Shown here piece by piece: positions 32,641 through 43,000 of a DNA stretch of 64,000 bases. Position 1 is the first letter of the stretch, and each line of letters begins with the position of its first letter. The notes under the pieces were generated by a model. The model saw nothing but the letters and a program-made list of their open reading frames with translations. It made no database searches and was not told where the DNA came from. A program made the translations under genes and the position numbers. The stretch lies in the IMG/VR virus record IMGVR_UViG_3300045988_175656; one strand, written 5' to 3'. The DNA comes from a virus.

Positions 32641-32862
32641 ATGAATAGAGTTAATCCGTTTACTTGGGGTTATGATGAATTTGATAGATTTGAATCAATT
32701 CCAAATCAATTTAATGCAACATACAAAGAAGTACCAGACAATGTTTTTGATAAAACTGAAAGAGAAGTATTTTTCAATGAAGATACTATTTTAGTTAGTC
32801 CAAATATAGCTGCTGTGTGCGATATGGACAGTATATGTGATGCAGACCTTGCAATCGTATAA
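32641..32862 (+). CDS. hypothetical protein
   Basis: ORF track. Confidence 0.5.
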   Translation: MNRVNPFTWGYDEFDRFESIPNQFNATYKEVPDNVFDKTEREVFFNEDTILVSPNIAAVCDMDSICDADLAIV

Positions 32863-32888
32863 TTAAGGAATTAAATATTAATAAGATG

Positions 32889-32925
32889 GGCTTTATTGAA
32901 TAAATTTTCAGTAAAGCCTTTTTTT
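32889..32925 (+). terminator. rho-independent terminator
   Basis: GGCTTTA (32889-32895) / TAAAGCC (32912-32918) plus a T7 run. Confidence 0.65.
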
Positions 32926-32982
32926 GTTATAAATGAGCTTTTTAAAAGAATATTTATATCTAAAAGACATATAATATAGATT

Positions 32983-35900
32983 ATGGCAAATAGAACACAA
33001 AAAATAACCCTATTGAATGATAGGGGAATAATGGGAGATAACAATCCAAGATTGCCAGACCCATCAAAGATTGACTATGGTCAGTTAGCCATTAATTATT
33101 CTAAAAGTAAAGAAACTTTAGCTATTAAGAATGATAATGATGAAATTGTTCAATTCAAAGATATTAAATACATTGAAAGTATAATTAACAATACTGTTGG
33201 TTCAATACAAGGTGGAGAAACTGATTCAATAAAGACTGTTATAACTGATAAAGTTATCACATCTGATTTGAAACTTTCATCTACGATTGATAATATGGTT
33301 GTAATCAATCCAGATGGTGTATATGTAACTCTTGATTTAACATATAATCAAGGTGAATTAGTTATTTCAGGTTCAAATGGATTGAAAAAAAGTGTTAATT
33401 TACCTTTAGAATCATTTTTATCTGATGGTCAATATTATGAATCATATACATATAATGGTGTAGTTTATAAACAAGTAATTGTTTTAACTGTTAGAAATGA
33501 AGCAGGTGAAGAACACCCAATCATTATTCCAGCTGGTTCATTGGTTAATGTTTACACATTTTATGGCGATGGTAAAGGTTTGGTAGTTACTGTTACTCCT
33601 TCAGGTAGTGGCGATTCAAACGATTATGATGTACAAATCACATTAAAAATTAACCCTTCTTCAAGTAATATATTAGTAAATGATGTTAATGGTTTATATG
33701 TAGAAGATTTCCGTCCATATATCGCAAAAGCAAAACAGGAAGCAATTGATACTGCTCACCAAGACGCAGTAAATATGGATAACATTGTAATTAAACATTG
33801 TGAAAAATTTGCAACACAAGAAGCCCAAGATGCTTACGATAGAGCAACACAATTTTTCTTAGAATGGTCAAATCAAATATTACATATTACAGGCGGTACA
33901 ATGTTAGGACCAATTGTATTTGTTAATAGTGGTTCAACTGTTGGTGGTACAATTTATCATGATGGTACAATTAACCAATATCTAAGTGGAGCAACTACTG
34001 AATATAACAGTGGTTCAACTCTTCATATTAAAGATGGTACTAATGTTATTTTTGATTGTGGAGTTGAAATAGAATGGTGTGGCGAAATTATTGATAAAGA
34101 TACAATTGACCAATGGAATGATATGATGCCAAAATCAGGTGGCACATTTTATGGACCTGTTATTTATGGAGAAAGAACGATTGATGGTGTTAAACATGTT
34201 TCATCAAATACTTTTGCAAGTGGAACAACTAATACATTTGCAAATGGTTCTGTTGAAAATTATAATAATGGTTCTCAAATAAATCATAATAATAATTCAA
34301 ATGAGAATTATAAATCGGGTGCTACTGTAACATATGAAAGTGGTTCTCAAATTGACCATGCTAATGGTTCAAATGAAAATCACAAAAGTGGTTCTATTGA
34401 CACTTATGAAGCTGGCTCAATCGTTAATTTTAGCGGTTCAACTAATTTTAAAAGTGGTTCTACAACAACATTTGAAAGCGGTTCTATATTAAATCATAAT
34501 AGTGGAGCAACCGAAAATTATGCTTCAGGTTCTACAACAAACCATAATAGTGGTTCAAATGACAACTATAAAAGTGGTTCAACATTAACACATGAAAGTG
34601 GTTCAAATGAAAATCATAATAGTGGTTCTACTGACACTTATTTAAGTGGTTCAAGTTTAGTTCATGCAGGTGGTTCTACTGAAGATTATAATAGTGGTGC
34701 AATTGAAAATTATAATACAGGTTCTCAGATAAATCATAACAGTGGTTCAAATGACAATTATAAAAATGGTTCAACACTAACACACGAAAGTGGCTCTACT
34801 GAAAACTATGGTGCTGGTTCAACAACTAATGTCAGTGGTAGCACAAATTACAAAAGTGGCTCAACACTAACACATGAAAGTGGCTCTACTGAAAATTATA
34901 ATGCTGGTTCTATTACAAATATAAGCGGTTCAACTAATTTTAAAAGTGGTTCTACAACAACATTTGAAAGTGGTTCAACAATAAACCATAATAGTGGAGC
35001 AACTGATACTTTCAAACAAGGTTCTACTGTTAATTTTCAAGGCGCATCAGTTCATAACAATACATCTACTGATGTGTATGGAACTGGTTCTCAATTGACA
35101 CATCAAAATGGTTCTGTTGAAAGTTATGAAAGTGGCTCTCAATTAACGCATAAAGATGGCACTAAAGAGAATCATGAAAGTGGTTCAACTGATACTTATG
35201 AACCTGGCTCAATTGTTAATTTTAGTGGAAATACAATTAATAACAATGACACCTCAATTAATAATGTTGATGTCACCGAGACTTATAATAGTGGTTCTAC
35301 AATAAGCAATAGTGGTGTTACAAATTATCAAAGTGGTTCAACAATAAACCATAATAATGGTTCAACTGAAACATTTAATAGTGGTTCTACATTACATGTT
35401 AAATCAGGAACAACGGTTACATTTGATTGTGGAGTTGATATTAATTGGTGTAGTGAAACTCTTGATGAAAACAAAATTAAGAAATGGGACACAACAACTC
35501 AATCAGCAGGTTTCAATACAACTAATGGTGCTTACATACCATCTTCTGAAAGGTTTACATCTGGTGCGACTACTGTATTAAGTGCGACTACTTTACTTGA
35601 TAAAGCTATTCAAACAGTTATTACATCAGCAGGTTTCAACAATGATGGAACTTATAATAAACCAAATTCTGGTAAAACAGGTTCTTATGTATCTGGTTCA
35701 ACATCTGTTAAAGGAGCATTAGAAGGATTAGATAATCATGCTGTAAATGTAAATAATTCAATTGGATTGAATCAAAATGGCACAATGCCATCATTTACAG
35801 GTAATTACACTTCAGGAGCAACTAACATTATTGATGCTATTAATAAACTTGATACTGAAATAAAACGTTTTGAAACAGAAGCAGGTAATAAATACATGCC

Positions 35901-36420
35901 ATATTCAGGTGGTACATTTGTAGGTGGAGTAACAGCAAGTACAGCAGCCCCATTTGTATTTAGTGGAACAGTGACTACACAAAATACTGTTACAATCAAT
36001 TCAGGTGAAACAGTAAACGGAACAATTACTGCTAATGGCACATTAAACTTCCCAAATACAGGGAATAACATTACAGGTAAAGGTAGTGCACATTTTGAAC
36101 AAGGTGGTTTCCAAGATTATTCTGACATCAGATTAAAGGAAAACATAAAAGATTTGGATATTACATTAGACCAAATTCAATCACTTTCATTAATATATTT
36201 TAATTATATTGGTAAAGAGAAAGAAAACATTGGCGTAATTGCTCAACAAGTAAAAGAAATTTGTCCTCAAATTGTATATGAAGATGAAAACGGTATGTTT
36301 GCTGTTGATTATAAATTCTTATCTGTAATTGCATTAAAAGGTGTTCAGTTGTTAACTTCTAAGTTAATGGAACAAGAAAATGATATTAAACAAATAAAAG
36401 AGTTATTAAAAATAAAATAA
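32983..36420 (+). CDS. tail fibre/spike with octad-repeat beta-helix region and C-terminal intramolecular chaperone
   Basis: Dozens of 8-residue xGSxxxxx repeats (SGSTENYN AGSITNIS GSTNFK SGSTTTFE...), similar to the T4 gp5 VxGxxxxx triple beta-helix. C-terminal SDIRLKENIKDL...GVIAQQVKEI...AVDYKFLSVIALKGVQ matches a peptidase S74-type chaperone. Confidence 0.85.
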   Translation: MANRTQKITLLNDRGIMGDNNPRLPDPSKIDYGQLAINYSKSKETLAIKNDNDEIVQFKDIKYIESIINNTVGSIQGGETDSIKTVITDKVITSDLKLSSTIDNMVVINPDGVYVTLDLTYNQGELVISGSNGLKKSVNLPLESFLSDGQYYESYTYNGVVYKQVIVLTVRNEAGEEHPIIIPAGSLVNVYTFYGDGKGLVVTVTPSGSGDSNDYDVQITLKINPSSSNILVNDVNGLYVEDFRPYIAKAKQEAIDTAHQDAVNMDNIVIKHCEKFATQEAQDAYDRATQFFLEWSNQILHITGGTMLGPIVFVNSGSTVGGTIYHDGTINQYLSGATTEYNSGSTLHIKDGTNVIFDCGVEIEWCGEIIDKDTIDQWNDMMPKSGGTFYGPVIYGERTIDGVKHVSSNTFASGTTNTFANGSVENYNNGSQINHNNNSNENYKSGATVTYESGSQIDHANGSNENHKSGSIDTYEAGSIVNFSGSTNFKSGSTTTFESGSILNHNSGATENYASGSTTNHNSGSNDNYKSGSTLTHESGSNENHNSGSTDTYLSGSSLVHAGGSTEDYNSGAIENYNTGSQINHNSGSNDNYKNGSTLTHESGSTENYGAGSTTNVSGSTNYKSGSTLTHESGSTENYNAGSITNISGSTNFKSGSTTTFESGSTINHNSGATDTFKQGSTVNFQGASVHNNTSTDVYGTGSQLTHQNGSVESYESGSQLTHKDGTKENHESGSTDTYEPGSIVNFSGNTINNNDTSINNVDVTETYNSGSTISNSGVTNYQSGSTINHNNGSTETFNSGSTLHVKSGTTVTFDCGVDINWCSETLDENKIKKWDTTTQSAGFNTTNGAYIPSSERFTSGATTVLSATTLLDKAIQTVITSAGFNNDGTYNKPNSGKTGSYVSGSTSVKGALEGLDNHAVNVNNSIGLNQNGTMPSFTGNYTSGATNIIDAINKLDTEIKRFETEAGNKYMPYSGGTFVGGVTASTAAPFVFSGTVTTQNTVTINSGETVNGTITANGTLNFPNTGNNITGKGSAHFEQGGFQDYSDIRLKENIKDLDITLDQIQSLSLIYFNYIGKEKENIGVIAQQVKEICPQIVYEDENGMFAVDYKFLSVIALKGVQLLTSKLMEQENDIKQIKELLKIK
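36121..36417 (+). other. S74-type auto-cleaving intramolecular chaperone domain of the fibre
   Basis: Begins at Ser1047 (TCT at 36121) in DYS-DIRLKEN, the usual autoproteolysis context. Confidence 0.7.
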
Positions 36421-36421
36421 C

Positions 36422-39400
36422 ATGGCATATATAACACCAACGAATCCCAAATGGGCTACCTGGTATGATGTATCACAAGCCTTACAAGAGCGTACTGGAG
36501 ATTATACACAAGCTAATACTCAGTACGCTACAAAGGCGTATATAATTGCTAATTTTGATAATATTCATTTGGAAAAACTGAATACAACAAATAATTCAAT
36601 TGGTATTTCATACTTGAACACTCAATTTGTAAAATGGGCTGATGTTGAAGCAATCGAATATGTTTTTTATATAGATACAGTTGGTAATACTGCACAAACT
36701 GTAACTAAAGATTATTATGCTTATAGTCAAACATTTGTTATATATTCCTACAAAAATATATACAAAAATGGTACTTTAGTTACGAGTAATATTCCTGTTG
36801 CATGGCATTATAATTCATCTCAAACAGGATGGACTACTAATTCACCAACAGGCGGTACAGCTAGTGCAACAACTATTACACTTGCAATACCTGAGAATAA
36901 GACAACAGCACAAATCAATTATAATTGGAGTGCTATTCAAAATGAAGGTAGAACATCAGGGGCAAAATCTATTTCAATTCAATTTCAACATAAAGCCAAA
37001 TATGGTATAATTGCTTGGAATCCTTCAGGAGATATTTCAGTTGTATCTACTGCAACAACTGTTGATAAAGGAATTGTTGTAACAGGTAATTTCAATGATA
37101 ATATATCAGATAGCCAAGGTACTGATGCAGCAAACATATTAACTGCTGTAACAATTACAACAAGTGAAACATGGGTTACAGGTATTACATTCTCATTAAC
37201 CAATTCAAATTATAAGTTCCCAATGTGGACATCTGAAACGGCTGATAGAGTAACAACAATAACATTAACTGTAAATGACCCACGATTAACATTGAGTGGA
37301 CCGTCAACATTTAAAATAACACAAAAAATGCGTGTTGTTACATTTGATAATTTCAATTTTGAATTTTTACTAAATAATCCTTTATTTGGATGTATGGGTG
37401 GAACTAAAAATTATAAGATTATATCAACAGCTAATATGTATTATGATGGTACATTGCAAAATGTTGTGAATATGAAATATATTTTCCTTAATTATGATTC
37501 TTGGATAACAATTAATGACACACAAGAGTCTGAGAGAAGTGTGTTTAATGGTGCTAATTCTGGTAGTGGTACTGTAACAATTGGTGAAAACCCATATGAA
37601 GGTGTTGATAGATATGGTTATATTAATTTGAGACAAATCAATTCAGAAGGTCAACAGTTGAAGGAAGTAATTGTACAAGATATACCTTGCATGGTATATC
37701 ATTTTGATATATCTCCAACATCAATAACTGTACCTGGTCCAACAAGTGGAACCAGTGGAATAACAGTTACATCATATAAAATTATGAATGGTCATACAGA
37801 AAGCCCTATTCCTGTTGGTTATAAAGTCTCAACAGGTTCAAGTTGGCTAACAGTAACAGGAAATTCTTCACCAAGTGCAAGTGCAACAACTAATACAATT
37901 ACATATGCACAAAATCCAAGTACAGCAAGAAGTGCAATTGTTACATATACACAAGATGAAATAAATGAAGATGACTATGAATACAATAAACAATTAACTG
38001 TAAATCAAGAAGATGGTTTCATATATGTTTATAAATTTAGTATAAATGGCACTGAAGGAGCAACAACAACTCCAAGTCCTACTATTAATTTATCACAATT
38101 TGCATTTGGTGGTGGAAGTCAAACTGTGAGTCTTAAATCATATGCTGAAGTGCATATCGGTTCAGCAACAGGTACAATAGACCATTATGAAGCTATTAAT
38201 TGGAGTGAAACGACTTGTAATTGGCTAACTGTATCACCATCATCAGGTAATGGTACATCAAGTCCTACTGATAACACAACTGTTACAACAACTGCAAGTG
38301 CTCAATCAGATTCAAGTAGTGATAATAGTAGATGTTGTGATATTACATTTACACAAGCAACTAGTGGTAAAAAAGTAATTGTTCATGGATGTCAAGAAAA
38401 GAGTCAAACAGGCTATACTTATACATTTACAATTGATACAAGTAGTTTAAGTTTTGAAGCATGTTCTTCAACTTCAAAATCAGCTAATATTACATCATAT
38501 AGAGAAACTACAAGAAATGGCAGTATAATTTCTGGAAGTAGAGTTAATATTGGTTACAGTGTTAATACAGTATCATGGGCAACAGCTACTTCAAATAGTA
38601 GCCCAAGCGCAAATGTTACAAGTACAACTATTACAGCTAATTCTAACTCAAATAACACTTCATCAAGAAGTGGTACATTTACTTATACACAAAGTGGAAG
38701 TAATAGAACTGTTACTCTTGGGGTAAGTCAAGATGGTGCAACTTGTGCTGTTTATGACAGAGGACCTTTACAAGTGAATATTGGTGGTGGTTTTACAACT
38801 GCTGCAAGTACAAATGTAGCAAGTGGTTCAACTACAATTAATGTTAGTTTTAGTTCGCCACAATATTTAAGTCTTTGTGGTATTAGTACTAATACTAAAT
38901 GTTCTGATGGTATAGAAAGTTATAAAGTAGAGTCTAAACCATCATGGATTACAAGTAATATTGGTGACAATTATTCAACAGGTAATGATGTATTAACTGT
39001 TTCAAGTAGTGATGTTTCTTCAGAAAGAACTGGAACTGTTGTATATACAAATGGATATACAACTGCATCTGTAACAGTAACACAAGCACAAGGTTTAAGT
39101 TATACTTATTATTTCAAAGTAAATAATAAGGAATCAAGTAAAATTAATCCTGACCATGAAACAAGTAGTACATTATCATTTAGTAATACAGGTTCTTCAA
39201 CAACATTTACTGTTGAATCATATAGAGTAAACAGTATATCAGGAGCTAAAGAATATGTTGTTTCTGACACTATTCAAGGTCTTTTACCATCATACATTAG
39301 TTTAGTTGGTAGTGGTCCTGTTAATTACATAATGACTTACACAGTAACATTAACTGAAAATACTGATACAATTGGTCGTAACTATACATTACAATTTGTA

Positions 39401-40027
39401 CAAAACAATTCAGGTTATAGAGTTGATGTTCCATTAACTCAAAATGCTGCAACAATTGATTGTTTTATGGGTGTATGGAGACCTACTGTGGGTAGTATTC
39501 CAACATCAGGTGGTACAATAGAGTTTAAAATTGACTCTTATCAAACAGTTAATGGTAAACAAGGTGCTAATTCATCATGGACTGCAAGTGTATCAGGTTG
39601 TAGTGGAACATTAAATAGAACAAGTGGACCTGGTGGTACTGCTGATAATGATAGCAGTAATATAGTTATATTAACTGTTCCTTCAGGAGCTTCAAGATGT
39701 GATGGTACTGTAACAATAATAAATGCTTGTGGTCAAAGACTTGACTACCCATATTTCAGAATTGCTGGTGATGTTAAGTGGTCTGACCCTGCTGAAAATA
39801 CAACCAAATCAGTTAGTGCAGATGGTATTACATTTACTGCTTATGCTGATACAACAGGATTAACAGCAAGTGATTGTGAAGTAACTAAAAATCCGACATC
39901 TAATATTACTGTTGGTACGCCACAAGGAACTGGTACAGGAGCAAAAGCTGTGTGGGTTGAAATTACAGTTCCAGCTAACACTTCAACAGATAGTAGAAGT
40001 TGGGATATAACAATTGCCCCTAAATAA
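36422..40027 (+). CDS. Ser/Thr-rich adhesin-like protein with multiple BACON-like Ig-fold repeats
   Basis: At least six repeats end in the pattern W(L/A)T(V/A)...N...R(S/T)..(V/F)TYTQ....(V/L)T(V/L).Q, e.g. RSAIVTYTQDE..QLTVNQED and RSGTFTYTQSGSNRTVTLGVSQDG. Start is 1 nt after the fibre stop. Confidence 0.8.
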   Translation: MAYITPTNPKWATWYDVSQALQERTGDYTQANTQYATKAYIIANFDNIHLEKLNTTNNSIGISYLNTQFVKWADVEAIEYVFYIDTVGNTAQTVTKDYYAYSQTFVIYSYKNIYKNGTLVTSNIPVAWHYNSSQTGWTTNSPTGGTASATTITLAIPENKTTAQINYNWSAIQNEGRTSGAKSISIQFQHKAKYGIIAWNPSGDISVVSTATTVDKGIVVTGNFNDNISDSQGTDAANILTAVTITTSETWVTGITFSLTNSNYKFPMWTSETADRVTTITLTVNDPRLTLSGPSTFKITQKMRVVTFDNFNFEFLLNNPLFGCMGGTKNYKIISTANMYYDGTLQNVVNMKYIFLNYDSWITINDTQESERSVFNGANSGSGTVTIGENPYEGVDRYGYINLRQINSEGQQLKEVIVQDIPCMVYHFDISPTSITVPGPTSGTSGITVTSYKIMNGHTESPIPVGYKVSTGSSWLTVTGNSSPSASATTNTITYAQNPSTARSAIVTYTQDEINEDDYEYNKQLTVNQEDGFIYVYKFSINGTEGATTTPSPTINLSQFAFGGGSQTVSLKSYAEVHIGSATGTIDHYEAINWSETTCNWLTVSPSSGNGTSSPTDNTTVTTTASAQSDSSSDNSRCCDITFTQATSGKKVIVHGCQEKSQTGYTYTFTIDTSSLSFEACSSTSKSANITSYRETTRNGSIISGSRVNIGYSVNTVSWATATSNSSPSANVTSTTITANSNSNNTSSRSGTFTYTQSGSNRTVTLGVSQDGATCAVYDRGPLQVNIGGGFTTAASTNVASGSTTINVSFSSPQYLSLCGISTNTKCSDGIESYKVESKPSWITSNIGDNYSTGNDVLTVSSSDVSSERTGTVVYTNGYTTASVTVTQAQGLSYTYYFKVNNKESSKINPDHETSSTLSFSNTGSSTTFTVESYRVNSISGAKEYVVSDTIQGLLPSYISLVGSGPVNYIMTYTVTLTENTDTIGRNYTLQFVQNNSGYRVDVPLTQNAATIDCFMGVWRPTVGSIPTSGGTIEFKIDSYQTVNGKQGANSSWTASVSGCSGTLNRTSGPGGTADNDSSNIVILTVPSGASRCDGTVTIINACGQRLDYPYFRIAGDVKWSDPAENTTKSVSADGITFTAYADTTGLTASDCEVTKNPTSNITVGTPQGTGTGAKAVWVEITVPANTSTDSRSWDITIAPK

Positions 40028-40040
40028 TTTATATAAAAAA

Positions 40041-40062
40041 AGGTGAAGAAAATTCTTCACCT
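40041..40062. terminator. bidirectional terminator between convergent modules
   Basis: AGGTGAAGAA / TTCTTCACCT stem flanked by an A-run and a T-run. Confidence 0.75.
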
Positions 40063-40070
40063 TTTTATTT

Positions 40071-43000
40071 TTATTGTTCAAGAAATTTTTCAAATTTCTC
40101 AATTCCACCTTTTTTCTTAACTAATTCAAGAAGTTTTTTCATTGTTTCGCTATCACTATCTTCATTATTATTTGAAGATATTTCAGCATGATTAGTTTCT
40201 TTTTCTTCAATTATTGTTGCACTTTTCAAATTATATTGCGCAACTTCAGTTGCATCCATTATAACTTGTGGTGTTTTATTTAACAATTTACAAATTTTAT
40301 TTTCAATATAGTTAAGTTCTGTTAACGCTGCTGATGGGTCAATCATACCTGCTGATGGAGAAATTTCAGTTTCAGATACAAATCCTAATTTATATTTTGC
40401 TCGTGTATAAGCAACATACATTAAATTTTGTTCTTGTTCTTTCTCCCAATCTTGGGTTGCAAGTCTGCTTGGCATTAATGTCTTGCATAAAATATAAACA
40501 TTATTTGCTTCAAGTCCTTTTGCTTTATGGATTGTTGATAAACAAACACCATCTGCACTTTCAGCAAACACATTTTCAATTCTATCATGTAAATCTCTTG
40601 CTGATGTTAAACCTTCAGCAAGAATTTCAAGAGCTTTAATTGAATCATATTTGTTCATAATTTGATTAGAAAGGGTTGCATCTTCTAAATCCATTCCTCT
40701 TTTAATCATAAGGCGGTTTCTTTCTTCAAATAAGTCATCATAAAGTCTTGCAAATACGCCATCTTTTTGTAAACTAACATTCAACACTATTTGTTCAGTC
40801 TTATCAACCATTCTTAGCAGATTTAAGCCAATATCTTGTCCTCTGACATAGGATTTAACACCCATGCGAAGATAACGCATATAAAGCTTTATAAGTGGCA
40901 TTTTTGTGCGACATAAGACCATATCTCCATCATGTATATCTTTTATTGATACATTATGAACAATTTCTCCATCAGGTGCTCCTTCTCTACATTCCATTGT
41001 GTCAACAAACTGATTAGCCAAGTTAACAACTTTTTTAGGGCAACGATAGGAAATTGGTAAAGGTAATGTTGTGGTATTAGGTAAATTTTGTAATTTCGCA
41101 AAACTTTCAGCATCCGCTCCAGCGAAAGAATAGATGGATTGCTTTTTGTCGCCGACAGCAATAAACCTAGTGCCACGTCTAAAACATCTTAAAAATAATT
41201 CTCGTTGTGCTGCATTTAAATCTTGGCAATTATGTACAATAAATCCTTCATTATTAGTTTCACACTTTGTATTCCAACTACCACTTGTTATAATAAAATT
41301 ATGATTATCTTCAACTTCAATATCATAAACAATTTCTTTTTTTGATAACATTTTCATTGAGGTAATTGGCATACCACCAAGTTCACTTGAAGTATTATCC
41401 CATTTATAAGTGTTTACTAAATGTTTAAAATCATCATGTATTTTATATTGTAAGCATTTGTTAATATATGGGGCAAACATTTCACTTAATTTATAAGAAT
41501 CTTTGACACCAATACTAATATAAAAATACTCTTTATTTGAAGTGGATGATTTAGATAGATGTTTAGAAACGCATTCAATACCAAAAAATTTAATTCTTTT
41601 TATTAATAAATCAATCAATTCTTCGTTATGTACACATGAGTATAATCTCATAGTACCATTTTTATCATAGCTTCCATTATCTTGGTAATTAATTGCTAAC
41701 TGTTTAATAGTTAAATTATTAATAATTTCTTTTTTATCTAAATCATTGTTAGGAATACAATATCCTAATGTTGAAAATGCATATGCATTTTTTTCACTAA
41801 AGCCATTTTTTTCAATGTGTCTTATTTCACTAATATCCTGATTAAACATATTGCATTTCCATTCAATATATTCTTTTTGTTCTTCTCCATGAATAAATTT
41901 GCATCTAAAAACCCCATTTGACAATTTATTCAGCGAACCATCTCCTATGACTGATGCTTTAAATAAATCCAATTGGTATGGATTCAGAAACCCATGATAA
42001 GGCTGGTGTTTAGTTGATGATAATATATAATCGCCAACTGTTAACTCAGAAATATATTGATAACCATTTAATGTTAAAAAACGTTCATTTGGTGTACATT
42101 TGATTTTTCTTTTTCCACCTACAATAATTTCTATTAAATCACGCTCTCCCTTATTAAAGACGTTTAATATTTTTTTATCTTCAAATTTTTGTGTTTTCTC
42201 ATTAAATGATTTAACTAATGGTAATGGTTTATTATTAATAAATCTATTATATAAATCACCAATTTTTAATTTGCCATAAGTTGTAGAAATCCTTTGTTCA
42301 TATGGAAAGCACTCGTCAATAAAAATATAATCATATTGTAAACCAATTGGATTTAGTGTTAATTCATATGGTAGCCATACCATATCCGTAAAATCAATTG
42401 AGGTTGTATTTTCTCTCCCCCATTTCATTACATTAAGAACTGCATTACACTCATCATCTATAATTGGAATATCATGTCTTGCTGATACTTGTAGTAAATC
42501 TTTTTCACATTGTGCAAGGTTATATCTTCCCAAATCACATAATTGAATCACATTATCAGTATATTGTTGCATCAATTTTGTAGTCATTTTATCAAAATCA
42601 GCAGAAGATAATTGTTTTATATTCTTCTTGATAAAAGTGCGATATTTGTATTCATCAATCTCAATATTAGTACCAAGATTTCTTCGTATCATTAAGAATC
42701 CAAGACTATGTAATGTTTTTACTTGAACATTTTTGACACCTTCAAGTTTCTTTTCCAATTCTTTAACAATTTCTTTATTAAAGGCAATAAACAATGCATT
42801 GCAAGTGGGTGGTATAAGTTTTACTGCATTTACAATTGTAGATGTGTTATGTGTGATTGTGAAATCAGATAGCAAAAAACGTCCATTACCATCCAATGTA
42901 AACCCATAATAATCACCCTCACCAATTTTATCAATTCTAAAACCAACATGGCAAACATTTTTATTTATTAAACGTTTGTCAGCTTTTTTATAATCAGTTA

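Noticed and set aside
34200-35400. Diversity-generating retroelement (template/variable repeats) in the fibre gene
   Set aside because: No reverse transcriptase is in the window. The repeats are in-frame octad duplications within one ORF. They are not a non-coding template paired with an A-mutated variable copy.
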